A DNA stretch of 63,195 nt, filler included, from Anaerolineae bacterium (GTDB lineage: Bacteria > Chloroflexota > Anaerolineae > Epilineales > Epilineaceae), in NCBI GenBank assembly GCA_029262755.1. It is 4 parts of 4 records of this genome, joined end to end, with 100 filler letters (N's around TTAATTAATTAA, not from the genome) between each part and the next. Parts side by side here need not be neighbours in the genome. Positions count along the whole stretch, not along the records: positions 18,027 to 46,236 come from JAJCYU010000045.1; 3 more parts are not named here. The stretch is one strand, 5' to 3'. Shown in pieces: positions 32,767 through 42,013 of the stretch (positions within the stretch are counted from its first letter, which is position 1; the number at the start of each line of letters is the position of its first letter). The notes under the pieces were generated by a model that did no database searches, was not told the DNA's origin, and saw only the letters and a program-made list of their open reading frames with translations. The translations under genes and the position numbers were made by a program.

Positions 32767-33504
32767 CTAGGCGGAGACGGCATGCTCGATCCGGTAGAGC
32801 GCTTCCAGTTGTGGGCCCGTCGTATCCGCAGCGTTGACGCAGAACTGCACCCGACCGGCACGCAATCCGACGATGCGGTCGCAGACCTCGAGAGCCAGTT
32901 CCGGAGCATGCAAGCAAAGCAGCAACGCAGCTGCCTGCTCTTTCGCCACGTCTACGAGCAGTCTCACGATGTCGGCCCCGCGCACGGGGTCGAGGCTCGC
33001 GATCGGTTCGTCGGCGAGCATCAAGGCCGGCCGCTGTACGAGCATTCGAGCGATCGCGACCCGTTGGCGCTGCCCGCCCGACAACCGGTCGGTCCGGGCA
33101 TGGAGCAGTTCCTCGATGCCGACGCGCCGCAGAGCATCCCGGGTACCTAGACCTCCCTGAGGCCGCCAAAGTGAAGCCAACGCGCGGGACGTGGACCACC
33201 TTCCAAGGTGTCCGGCATTGACGTTGTGAATGACACGCAGGCCGTCCACGAGGCGATAATCCTGGTACACCGTGCCGATTCGACTTCGAAGGCGTCGGCG
33301 GTCACGAGCGGACGTAGTCGCCCATTCGCTGCCCAAGATGCGGACCGAGCCGGTCGTCGACGCCAATGAGCCGTTGAGCAAACCCACCAACGTGCTCTTC
33401 CCCGCTCCGCTGGGGCCGATCACGCCCACCACCTCGCCCTGCCCGAGCGCGAGGTTGATGCCCTCTAACGCGTGGACCTTTCCGTACTGGACGGAGACGT
33501 TCAC
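32767..33504 (-). CDS. PhnC-family ABC ATP-binding protein
   Basis: GPSGAGKST, LSGGQRQRV and ADEPIASLDP motifs. Confidence 0.9.
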   Translation of the reverse strand: MNVSVQYGKVHALEGINLALGQGEVVGVIGPSGAGKSTLVGLLNGSLASTTGSVRILGSEWATTSARDRRRLRSRIGTVYQDYRLVDGLRVIHNVNAGHLGRWSTSRALASLWRPQGGLGTRDALRRVGIEELLHARTDRLSGGQRQRVAIARMLVQRPALMLADEPIASLDPVRGADIVRLLVDVAKEQAAALLLCLHAPELALEVCDRIVGLRAGRVQFCVNAADTTGPQLEALYRIEHAVSA

Positions 33505-33545
33505 AAGCTCGGCCGCGCGCGACGCCGGCTCCCCGCCTTGGGCGT

Positions 33546-34511
33546 TCAGTCTTGAATCTTTCCGATCTCGCGTCCTACGGCCTCGATCGCAGCGTAGGTC
33601 TCGTTGTTCGTTTCGATGAACGATTCCGCGCCGAAGAGCTCGAGGATTTCGTTGTCAGCGGGCACGTTGGGATCCAAGGCGAGGAGCGTCGCTTGAATCT
33701 GATCGGTGAAGTCGGCGCCGAAGCGTTCATCCAGGTCCGGCCGGGCGACCCAGTGGTAGTCCGCATACGGCGGAGTTCGCCAGATCACACGGACCAGGTC
33801 CGTGTCGACGGCGCCTTCTTCGACGCGCGATAGCCAGACCTGTTCGTTGAGAACACCGGCCGCGTAGCTTCCCGCCTCGACGAGCTGAATCGTGGCGTCG
33901 TGTCCACCGGAGAAACCCGGCTCTCCGGCGAAGTCATCCAGGCCGATTCCGGCTTCCGCCAGGAAGTGCTGCGGCATCAACCGCCCGGACGTGGAAGACT
34001 CGCTGCCGAACGTAAAGGTATTGCCCTTCAAGGTCGCGAGATCCGCAGGATTCGAGACGTCTTCGATCCCACGATCTGTGCGTGCGATGAACACGCTATG
34101 GAACGCGGCATCAATGTCCCGCTGGGCGATTGCACGCGCGCCGTCCACTGCGAGTCGAGCCTGGACGCCCGTCAGCCCACCGAACCAGACCAGATCCAGA
34201 TCGCCGGTAGCGAAGGCGGATACGGCCGCAGCATAGTCGGTGACGGGCACATAGGTCACGGGAACCTCGAGGGAGGCGGCAAGGTGATCTGCGACAAGCC
34301 CGTAGGTGCGCTGCAGCCGCTCCGGATCTTGATCCGGAATAGCCCCCACCTTCAGCGACTCGAGCGACCCAGTTTCGTCTGACGCCGCGCACGCGCCCAA
34401 GACCATCATGCCCGCCGCGGCCAACGCGATCGCGAAGATTGGGTTCCGCAGCGCGATGCAAACACGCTGGAATGCTCGGGGCTCGTCGCTACCTGTTACG
34501 TGATTGGTCAT
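33546..34511 (-). CDS. PhnD-like substrate-binding lipoprotein, 'putative selenate ABC transporter' clade
   Basis: AIPDQDP, LVWFGGLTGVQAR, FGSESSTSGRLMP and GFSGGHD motifs; VLGAC lipobox; GGAGGA RBS before ATG 34511. Confidence 0.8.
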   Translation of the reverse strand: MTNHVTGSDEPRAFQRVCIALRNPIFAIALAAAGMMVLGACAASDETGSLESLKVGAIPDQDPERLQRTYGLVADHLAASLEVPVTYVPVTDYAAAVSAFATGDLDLVWFGGLTGVQARLAVDGARAIAQRDIDAAFHSVFIARTDRGIEDVSNPADLATLKGNTFTFGSESSTSGRLMPQHFLAEAGIGLDDFAGEPGFSGGHDATIQLVEAGSYAAGVLNEQVWLSRVEEGAVDTDLVRVIWRTPPYADYHWVARPDLDERFGADFTDQIQATLLALDPNVPADNEILELFGAESFIETNNETYAAIEAVGREIGKIQD

Positions 34512-34674
34512 AATTCGTCCTCCGGCGCCTAAGAATTTGTGCGGCAGATGATAGGCAAGTCGCTTGGTCCTTGCTACCTCGGCGTCCTCGAGTTCTTTGA
34601 CGGGCCTACTGCGCTCCGCTAGCGTAGACAATTCGGAGGCAGCCTAATCTTGGGCTGTTTGTGAGGAGAGAACT

Positions 34675-35949
34675 GTGACCCAGGTCAGTCATCAACCGGG
34701 GATCGAGGACGCAACGACGTCCGACCCCGAAGCGCCGCACACCGCCGTGCAGCAGGACGCGGGCACCATCGCGGCAGCGCCGGCAGAAGCCCCGTCCTTT
34801 GTGTCGCTCGGAATTTCAGCGGAAGTTGCCGCCGTGCTCGCGGCGCAGGGAATCGAGACGGCCTTTCCCATTCAGGCCAAGTCCATCCCCGACGCGTTGG
34901 CAGGCAAAGACGTGTGCGGCAAGGCCCGCACCGGTCAAGGCAAGACACTCGCGTTTGGATTACCGCTAGTCGAACGAAGCAAGCGGGGTCGTTCGCGCCG
35001 CCCGCGTGCGCTGGTGTTGACGCCGACGCGAGAGCTCGCCGTGCAGGTCGGTGACGTCCTGGCGCCGCTCGCAGAGGCCAAGGATCTTCGCGTCGACACC
35101 TTCTACGGGGGGACCTCGATCGGAAGGCAGATCGAAGCGTTGCGCACCGGAATCGACATCGTGGTGGGCACGCCGGGTCGGCTGATCGACCTCGTGGAGC
35201 GCAACGCCCTCAATCTGGACGACGTGCGGACGATCGTTGTCGACGAAGCCGATCGCATGTGCGACATGGGCTTCTTCCCGCAGGTGGAGTTCATATTCCA
35301 GCGGCTGAAGCATCGCGAGCAGACGCTGCTGTTCTCCGCGACGCTCGACGGACAGGTCAACCACCTGATCAAGATCTATTTGCGCGAGCCGGTCTATCAC
35401 GACGTCGTAGTCGGGGACGATGCCGACAACACGGAAATGCGGCAGTTCTTTTTCCAAGTGACGCGGCACAACAAGTCCAACGTGGCGGCTGCGATCGGTC
35501 GAGGCGGCGACAAAGTGCTGATGTTCACGCGAACGAAACGCGGCGCGGACATGCTCGTCAAGCAACTCGAACGCGAAGGCGTGCAAGCGGCGGCCATCCA
35601 CGGAGACCGGCGCCAAGAAAGCAGGGAACGCGAACTCGCTCGATTCTCGGACGGGAAGCTGGACGTCCTCGTGGCCACCAATGTTGCGGCGCGCGGTTTG
35701 CACATCGAGGGCATCGACGTCGTTGTGCACTACGATCCGCCGGAGGATCCGAAGGACTACGTGCACCGTTCGGGTCGAACGGCTCGCGCGGGTAAGGAAG
35801 GGGTCGTGGTCACATTGGCACTACCGAGCGAGAGCTTCGATATGTGGCTACTGCAGCGAGAGATTGGAATGAGCACCGAACCGACGCCGGTTCGCCCCGA
35901 TGATCCGCGGCTGGCCGACCTGAGTGCTTGGATTGACGAAGGCGCGTAG
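34675..35949 (+). CDS. DEAD-box RNA helicase
   Basis: ARTGQGKT, PTRELA, DEAD, SAT and HRSGRTAR motifs. Confidence 0.95.
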   Translation: MTQVSHQPGIEDATTSDPEAPHTAVQQDAGTIAAAPAEAPSFVSLGISAEVAAVLAAQGIETAFPIQAKSIPDALAGKDVCGKARTGQGKTLAFGLPLVERSKRGRSRRPRALVLTPTRELAVQVGDVLAPLAEAKDLRVDTFYGGTSIGRQIEALRTGIDIVVGTPGRLIDLVERNALNLDDVRTIVVDEADRMCDMGFFPQVEFIFQRLKHREQTLLFSATLDGQVNHLIKIYLREPVYHDVVVGDDADNTEMRQFFFQVTRHNKSNVAAAIGRGGDKVLMFTRTKRGADMLVKQLEREGVQAAAIHGDRRQESRERELARFSDGKLDVLVATNVAARGLHIEGIDVVVHYDPPEDPKDYVHRSGRTARAGKEGVVVTLALPSESFDMWLLQREIGMSTEPTPVRPDDPRLADLSAWIDEGA

Positions 35950-35971
35950 AGCGGCACGGATTGGCCGCCTT

Positions 35972-36451
35972 CTACACCGCGCCTCGCCCACGCCCGTCGG
36001 TCGGTAGCACGAGGGCCAGCAGCGCGGCGGCGAACATCGCGAACATCACCGCTGCAAGCCAGACCGCGAACGGCGATGGCATCGCGCCGGGCAAGAACGT
36101 GGTCCAAGCCTCCATACCGAAGAGCGCCAACCTGCGTAGCCAAATCGGCCCGTCTCCGGCGAGTGCCCAGATTGCCCACGCGAACGCAATGCCGGTGGTC
36201 GAGCCGGCAAGAACGGGCAAAGCCACGTCAATGGCACGCACGCGGAAGCGCGGCAGGCCCGTAGCCCGTTCCACCGTTCGCGCAACGAATCCGGCGGGCA
36301 ATGGTGCGGCGGCCATGTCGCGCAGCGCCGCATCCAACGCGGCATCGCGCGGTCCGAGCGCGGCAGTCGCCGACGTCGCGTTTCGCGGATCGTGTCGATG
36401 CTGCTCGTCGCGAGCCCGAATCGGAATGCCCCAGCGCGACCGGTTATTCAT
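35972..36451 (-). CDS. Putative membrane anti-sigma factor
   Basis: Start overlaps the ECF sigma stop (ATGA); LDAALR...PAGFVARTV then TM helices. Confidence 0.6.
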   Translation of the reverse strand: MNNRSRWGIPIRARDEQHRHDPRNATSATAALGPRDAALDAALRDMAAAPLPAGFVARTVERATGLPRFRVRAIDVALPVLAGSTTGIAFAWAIWALAGDGPIWLRRLALFGMEAWTTFLPGAMPSPFAVWLAAVMFAMFAAALLALVLPTDGRGRGAV

Positions 36452-37155
36452 GACGCGATTACGGAACCGGGCTGCGACTGGGTTGCGGGCATCGTGGCCG
36501 GCGACTCCATGTATCCGTCCTCGGCCAATAGCTCGCGAAGACGCTTGCGGCCTCGGTGGATACCGGTTTTGACCGTGCCCAGCGGCATCCCTGCAATCTC
36601 TGCGATCTCCGCGTAGCTCAACTGCTGTTGATGACGCAGCGTCAAGAGCATGCGATAGGGATTCGGCAACCGGTTGGTCGCCTTCTCTACCGCACGCACC
36701 AACTCCCGATCGGCCGTCGCCGCCTCGGGCGAGGGCCGGCGATCCGCCATCGTGGACGCAGCGTCAACGGGCAACGCAAGGAGTTGTTTCCGCATCCGCG
36801 GTGCCCGGTCGTAGCATAGGTTGACCACGATTCGATACAGCCACGTGGAAAACCGGCCATCTTCGCGGAAACGCGGCAGCGCACGCCAAGCGCGGACAAA
36901 TGCCTCCTGCGCGACGTCTTCTGCCTCGGCCGGATCGCGCAGGGTGCGCAGTGCCACGTTGTAGGCGAAGCTGGCATGCGTACGGACGAGCACTTCGAAC
37001 GCCCGGCTGTCGCCGTCGCGGGCGCGAAGGACAAGCGCCTGATCGACCGCGGGTGTACCGCGTCGCGTGCGTGTTGCGGTGGCTGTCGCAGATCGCTTCG
37101 TGGGGCGCGTGTCGATGGGATTCTCCCGCTGCGGATGGCGGCGCGCCGCCTTCAA
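36448..37155 (-). CDS. ECF RNA polymerase sigma factor (SigW-like)
   Basis: AEDVAQEAF, FSTWLYRIVVN and LSYAEIAEIAGMPLGTVKTGIHRGR motifs. Confidence 0.93.
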   Translation of the reverse strand: MKAARRHPQRENPIDTRPTKRSATATATRTRRGTPAVDQALVLRARDGDSRAFEVLVRTHASFAYNVALRTLRDPAEAEDVAQEAFVRAWRALPRFREDGRFSTWLYRIVVNLCYDRAPRMRKQLLALPVDAASTMADRRPSPEAATADRELVRAVEKATNRLPNPYRMLLTLRHQQQLSYAEIAEIAGMPLGTVKTGIHRGRKRLRELLAEDGYMESPATMPATQSQPGSVIAS

Positions 37156-37177
37156 CCAATGTTCGAACTATCCTTCA

Positions 37178-37204
37178 GACGAGCCGCGGTCGCTTCCAGT
37201 TTCA
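37178..37204 (-). promoter_or_regulatory. ECF (SigW-type) promoter for the sigma/anti-sigma operon
   Basis: TGAAAC-N17-CGTC on the minus strand. Confidence 0.7.
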
Positions 37205-37263
37205 AATCCTTCTGACGACCATCATGTCGAAACTCGTCTGGGGGTCAAGGGCGGCCGGCCCGA

Positions 37264-37289
37264 TGAAACCTCGTTTGCCGATTCTCGTC
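37264..37289 (+). promoter_or_regulatory. ECF (SigW-type) promoter for the DUF4097 gene
   Basis: TGAAAC-N16-CGTC on the plus strand. Confidence 0.7.
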
Positions 37290-37333
37290 TCATTCAGCGA
37301 TGCTCGCATCCATTCGCCTGCGGAGGAGAAGAC

Positions 37334-38698
37334 ATGAAGCGTAAGCGCATCGTGTCCCTGCTCTTGGGGCTGGCGCTCTTCGGCGCGGGCGCGGCGCTGG
37401 CGATCAGCAGCCTCGCCGGACTCTACGACGCGCAGCCGAAGATCGTTCGACACATTGCGCGCGCGGAAACGCATACGGTTGTCGTCGAGGTCGCGGATCG
37501 CATGCAAACATCAACGTCTGCTCTGCGGTTGCAGAATCCGGACGGATCCATCCGTGTGCGCGCTGTTCACGGGGCGCCGTTCTCCATGCGCGTTCACGTG
37601 ACGGTCGAGACCGAGGAACGTCAGGAAGCGGAGCGTGTCGCGGCTAGCTTCCGAATCTTGCCCGACGCGAACGATGGCCGGCTCGACGTGAGCGTCCCGA
37701 ATGCCGATCCGCGCGTCGCATCGGTGGATTGGGAACTCAGCGTGCCGGCATCTTGGTCGGTTCGGATTGATGCGGAGCACGGCGAGGTGCACGTGGAGGG
37801 CATGTCCGGGATGGTTGTCGCATCCAGCCTCTCGGGCGAGATTCGCATCGAGGGCGCACGCGGCGGGATGCAGGTGAGCAGCGAGACGGGAGCGATCTCG
37901 TCTCGTGACAGCGGTGGGTCGATTGCGATCACGACAACGACGGGCGCGATCTTGGTCCGTGGCGCGAGTACGGTGGAGCCGATTGTCCTCCGCTCGGAGT
38001 TCGGAAACGTACAGCTGCTCGAATCCTCCGGCGCCGACGTAGTTGCGGTGAGCAGCACGGGCAGCGTCTCTGTGGACGGGCTGGAGGCAACGGGTACCGT
38101 CGCGCTTTCGTCCCGATTCGGCGAACTCTCGCTGCAACGATCGCATGCGGTAAAGGTCGATCTCGACACGCGTTCCGGAGGGGTTCTCCTCCAGGAGGGC
38201 GCCGTCCAGACCGGGGTTGAGATCACCGCCGGCAGCGGCGACGTACGGATCGAGCGCTGGGCCGCGCAGCGCATTGACGTGGCCGGCGAGAGCGCGGCGG
38301 TGGAGATCATCGGGCTCGCCTGTCCTTCGAGCGTCTCGACGAAGTCAGGTGACGTTCACGTGCGCGATGCGGAGGCTGCGGCACCGACCATCGTCTCCAA
38401 TTCCGGGGACATTCGCTTTGCCGGATCGCTCGCGTCCGATCAGGAAGTTCGCTTCGAAAGCGAGTCCGGCACGATCGAGTTGCGGTTGCACGGCGACGTA
38501 CATCGGGATCTGACCGTGCAAACGACCATCGGCAACCTGCGATTGCCGTCCATGACCAGCCGCAGCCGGACGCCGGATGGAAAGCAGGTCGTGGGAAAGC
38601 TCGGCGACGGCGGCGCCGCGCTGCTCGTACGGACCACCAGCGGCGATATCTCGCTTGAACGTGCGTTTTCGGTGGAGGACGCTTCCGATTCACGCTGA
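37334..38698 (+). CDS. DUF4097-like beta-strand repeat protein
   Basis: Repeated S.SG.I / T.SGDV units; N-terminal signal/TM; GGAGGAG RBS. Confidence 0.8.
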   Translation: MKRKRIVSLLLGLALFGAGAALAISSLAGLYDAQPKIVRHIARAETHTVVVEVADRMQTSTSALRLQNPDGSIRVRAVHGAPFSMRVHVTVETEERQEAERVAASFRILPDANDGRLDVSVPNADPRVASVDWELSVPASWSVRIDAEHGEVHVEGMSGMVVASSLSGEIRIEGARGGMQVSSETGAISSRDSGGSIAITTTTGAILVRGASTVEPIVLRSEFGNVQLLESSGADVVAVSSTGSVSVDGLEATGTVALSSRFGELSLQRSHAVKVDLDTRSGGVLLQEGAVQTGVEITAGSGDVRIERWAAQRIDVAGESAAVEIIGLACPSSVSTKSGDVHVRDAEAAAPTIVSNSGDIRFAGSLASDQEVRFESESGTIELRLHGDVHRDLTVQTTIGNLRLPSMTSRSRTPDGKQVVGKLGDGGAALLVRTTSGDISLERAFSVEDASDSR

Positions 38699-38785
38699 CT
38701 CTTCGCTTTGGGATGACCGCATCGGCTGTTCGATGTACGCCGAAGCGGCGCCCCCGACAACACGGTTTGAGAGGGAGACCCTTCC

Positions 38786-39289
38786 ATGGAAGACGTACTT
38801 GTCGTTGCAATTCCATCGCTGCTGCTGGTGGCCATACTCAGCATCACGTCGTCGTGGCATCGTTGGCTGCGTCATCGGGAGTTGATCGCCCTGGCCGAGC
38901 AGGGCCTGGTGCCGCCGCCCGCACGACGCAATCCGCGCCAGCTCTTCTTTGGACTGAACCTGACCGCCATCGGCTTGGCACTGTGCATTGGGCTCTATCC
39001 GATGTCGCGCAGCTTTCATCCCGGATTTTTCCTCGGTATCGGACCGGAGCTGTTGTTCGGCTTGATCCCACTCGCACTCGGCCTGTCCTTGCTCTTGTCG
39101 TGGCATGTGGGGCGCTCGGAAGAGCCGGAGCCGGTACACACGCCCCCGCCGGCGTTCGACCGTGATCCAGGCGCGGAGATGCCCGACGTGGCCGCGTGGC
39201 TCGACGATCAAGACCAACGGGCCTTGGACCCCTTCGAAGGCATGGAGGCGCATGCCGCGCAGCCGATCGAGGGTGGCCGGCAAGAGTGA
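38786..39289 (+). CDS. Small membrane protein (DUF6249-like)
   Basis: RHRELIALAEQG motif followed by two TM helices; GLIPLALGL. Confidence 0.6.
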   Translation: MEDVLVVAIPSLLLVAILSITSSWHRWLRHRELIALAEQGLVPPPARRNPRQLFFGLNLTAIGLALCIGLYPMSRSFHPGFFLGIGPELLFGLIPLALGLSLLLSWHVGRSEEPEPVHTPPPAFDRDPGAEMPDVAAWLDDQDQRALDPFEGMEAHAAQPIEGGRQE

Positions 39290-39470
39290 GGCTGGGCCGG
39301 GAATGCTCTGAAGCGGGGAAGTCCGTGCGCCCGCCGTTTCGAATTGCCGGTTCTCGGGCCATCGTGCGGCTCTCCCTTCGGCCCCGTGAATCGACCCGAC
39401 GGCGCGAACAATCCCTCGGTCGGCAACCCTGTTCCCGGACAGGGTGTAACGCGCCGGAGTCTTGCCTGCC

Positions 39471-40571
39471 ATGAACCTGACCGATTCTCGTCCCAAGCTT
39501 CCTTCTCGCCTTCGATCGATCCTCCACCTGCTCGCTCGCGTCGTGGCGACGGCCGGCGGAATCGGCTTGAGTACGGCAAGCGTGCTGAGCGTGCAGGCGC
39601 TGCCGTCCGGACGCAGCTACGTGGGCGGCCTAGCCTCGCACTTCCGGGTTCAATACCTGATCGGTCTACTGGTCTGTGGTCTCGTGCTCGTTGCGATGCG
39701 TCGACGCGGCGCCGCGGCAATCCTTGCGCCGGCGCTTGCGCTCAATGCATTCCTCGTCTTCTCGCGATTCGTGCCCGTGGCGGCCGATCCGTCCGCGGTA
39801 TCGGTGATTGCCGAGACCTCTGGCGGTGACGCTGGAGAGGCCATCGTAGAGGCATCCACGGACAACCTGTTGCTGCGCCTCCTGTGGTTCAACGTGCTCG
39901 GAGCGAACCCGAACCACGATGCGATCTTGCGCGTCGTGTCCGACTCCGGCGCGGATCTAGTCGTGCTCGGCGAGGTCAGGCCCGGGCTAGCCGAACGATT
40001 CCAGGATGTGCTGCCCGGCTATCGTGTCGCCGCGATCGAGGCGAGGGACGACAACTTCGGCATGGCGTTGCTCGTTGCAGATCAAGGCGTCGAGCCGGAG
40101 TCCGCGATCCAAGTGCACGGTGCCAGGGCCTTCGTGCTCCGTACTGACGATGCGAAGGCACATCCTGCAATCGAGGCGACACTGGAATGGAATGGGCGCG
40201 AGGTGGGGCTACTCGGGCTTCACGTCGTGCCGCCGACCTCGGCTGCCAATGCAAGAGCACGCGCCGCGGACATCCAGGCAGCAGCCGACAGACTCCGAGA
40301 TCGCCAACGACCGTACATCGTGGCCGGGGACCTGAATACCAGCTTCTGGGGACCTGACTTCGATCGATTGCTCGGTGTCGGTCTGGTGGACGGCGGGCGC
40401 GGGTTTGGCGTGCTCGCCACGTGGCCTGCGCTCTTGCCGCCGGCGTTTCGCATCCCGCTCGACCACGTCCTGGTGGATCCGGCGCTCCAGGTTCGGAGCC
40501 TTCGTCTCGGGGACGCGGCGGGATCGGACCATCGACCCGTGATGGCGGGCCTCTCCTGGCGGACGCCGTAG
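39471..40571 (+). CDS. Membrane-anchored endonuclease/exonuclease/phosphatase family protein
   Basis: N-terminal TMs; WFNV, GDLN, LDHVL and GSDHRPV motifs. Confidence 0.88.
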   Translation: MNLTDSRPKLPSRLRSILHLLARVVATAGGIGLSTASVLSVQALPSGRSYVGGLASHFRVQYLIGLLVCGLVLVAMRRRGAAAILAPALALNAFLVFSRFVPVAADPSAVSVIAETSGGDAGEAIVEASTDNLLLRLLWFNVLGANPNHDAILRVVSDSGADLVVLGEVRPGLAERFQDVLPGYRVAAIEARDDNFGMALLVADQGVEPESAIQVHGARAFVLRTDDAKAHPAIEATLEWNGREVGLLGLHVVPPTSAANARARAADIQAAADRLRDRQRPYIVAGDLNTSFWGPDFDRLLGVGLVDGGRGFGVLATWPALLPPAFRIPLDHVLVDPALQVRSLRLGDAAGSDHRPVMAGLSWRTP

Positions 40572-40662
40572 CCGGGGAGCCGCCTGCGCGGATCCTGCCT
40601 TCGGCAGGACGAGCCCTACGCCGGGCACCGGGGCGGTCGCGTTCACTGCTACCCTCTCCCGC

Positions 40663-41886
40663 ATGCGGAACGCACGGCGGGTTACGGTATGGACATGGAT
40701 CAGCGCAGGCACGCTTGCGGTGCTCAGCGCCGCGGCCTGGCGTCATCCGGCCTGGGTCGAGACCACCTACGCCGAGGACATCGGGCCCGCGATCGGCGCG
40801 GTGCTGGCTGCCACGTGGGGGCGATTGCCCTTCGGAGCCGCAGAGTGGCTGGTGCTCGCCGTGCCGGTCGTAGTCGTCATCGCGGGGCTGCGTTCGCTGC
40901 GCTACATACGGGGCCTGCGCCCATCGCTCGCGGAAGGGGGCTTTGCGAAGCTCAACGCCTACGTTGCACGTGCAGCCGTTGTCCTCGTCGCGTTCTATCC
41001 GCTCTGGGGCCTCCACTACGCGCGACCCGCGCTCTCGACCCGCCTCGGCTGGTCGCCGGCGGAGGATGGCTCCGGCGCGGACACCGCGTGGGCCGCGCGT
41101 GCATCCGCCGAGCCAGAGAGGAGCGATCTGCTGTTGCGGATCGCATCCGAACTCGTGACGGCGACCAACGTGGCCTACTTGGAGATCCATCGGTTGTCGA
41201 TGCCCATGCGCGCGGACTCGGACGAGGATCGCTTCGATCGCACCACCGTGTCGCACTCGTTCCCGTGGGAAGCGAACGCCGCGCAGGATGCATCCATCGA
41301 CGTAGGCTTGACGCGCGCCGGGCAGTTCCTTGCACTGGATGACGGATTCGAACGTCCCCGTAGTCCGGCTCGGCCGGTCCGCAATAGCTGGTTGCTCAAC
41401 CGCCTACATCTCGCCGGCTTCTATTTTCCATGGACCGGCGAGGCAAACTTCAACGCCGCCATGCCCACATGGCAGCAACCACACACGATCGCGCACGAGA
41501 AAGCGCATCAGCGCGGCATTGCCAGCGAAGACGAGGCGAACTTTCTCGGCTTCTTCGGCTGCGTGCTCGCGCCGAAACCTTTCATACGCTACAGCGGGTT
41601 GCTCTTCGCGCAGCGCCAGTTGCTGCGTGAGCTGATCGCGATCGATCCTGACCGCGGCAACGCGCTGCTCGCCCAGCGCAACCCCGGCGTCCAACGCGAC
41701 GTTGATGCGGCTCAAGAGTATTGGCGTCGCTTCGACGGGCGAGCCGCCGACCTACAGCGCGACGTCAACGACCGGTACTTGCGCGCGAACCGCGTCGACG
41801 GCGGGATCGAGAGCTACGGACGAAGCGCCCGGCTCATCCTACTCTGGGCCCGCGAATCCGGCGGATCGCTTCCGATCGCCCCGTAG
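40663..41886 (+). CDS. DUF3810-like putative zinc metalloprotease
   Basis: WGLHYAR, GFYFPWTGEANFN and HEKAHQRGIASEDEANF motifs. Confidence 0.82.
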   Translation: MRNARRVTVWTWISAGTLAVLSAAAWRHPAWVETTYAEDIGPAIGAVLAATWGRLPFGAAEWLVLAVPVVVVIAGLRSLRYIRGLRPSLAEGGFAKLNAYVARAAVVLVAFYPLWGLHYARPALSTRLGWSPAEDGSGADTAWAARASAEPERSDLLLRIASELVTATNVAYLEIHRLSMPMRADSDEDRFDRTTVSHSFPWEANAAQDASIDVGLTRAGQFLALDDGFERPRSPARPVRNSWLLNRLHLAGFYFPWTGEANFNAAMPTWQQPHTIAHEKAHQRGIASEDEANFLGFFGCVLAPKPFIRYSGLLFAQRQLLRELIAIDPDRGNALLAQRNPGVQRDVDAAQEYWRRFDGRAADLQRDVNDRYLRANRVDGGIESYGRSARLILLWARESGGSLPIAP

Positions 41887-42013
41887 CGCCGTGGTGTGTA
41901 GCGGCGAAGCGCAACACGAGCGGTCATGTGCTACCGCAACGTCCTCATCTTCGCGCACCACCTCGACGGCGCATCGGAGCCGTCCAGCCCTGAATATTCG
42001 TTGCGACCGAGTA

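Noticed and set aside
37152..37165. Degenerate SOS-like box CGAACATTGGTTGA at the ECF sigma start
   Set aside because: Mismatch in the core GTTC; the region is better explained by the ECF promoters
39415..39452. CGGCAACC-hairpin-GGTG resembling a SAM-I riboswitch P3 stem
   Set aside because: The upstream AUCxAGAG and kink-turn elements are missing, and the downstream gene is unrelated to methionine
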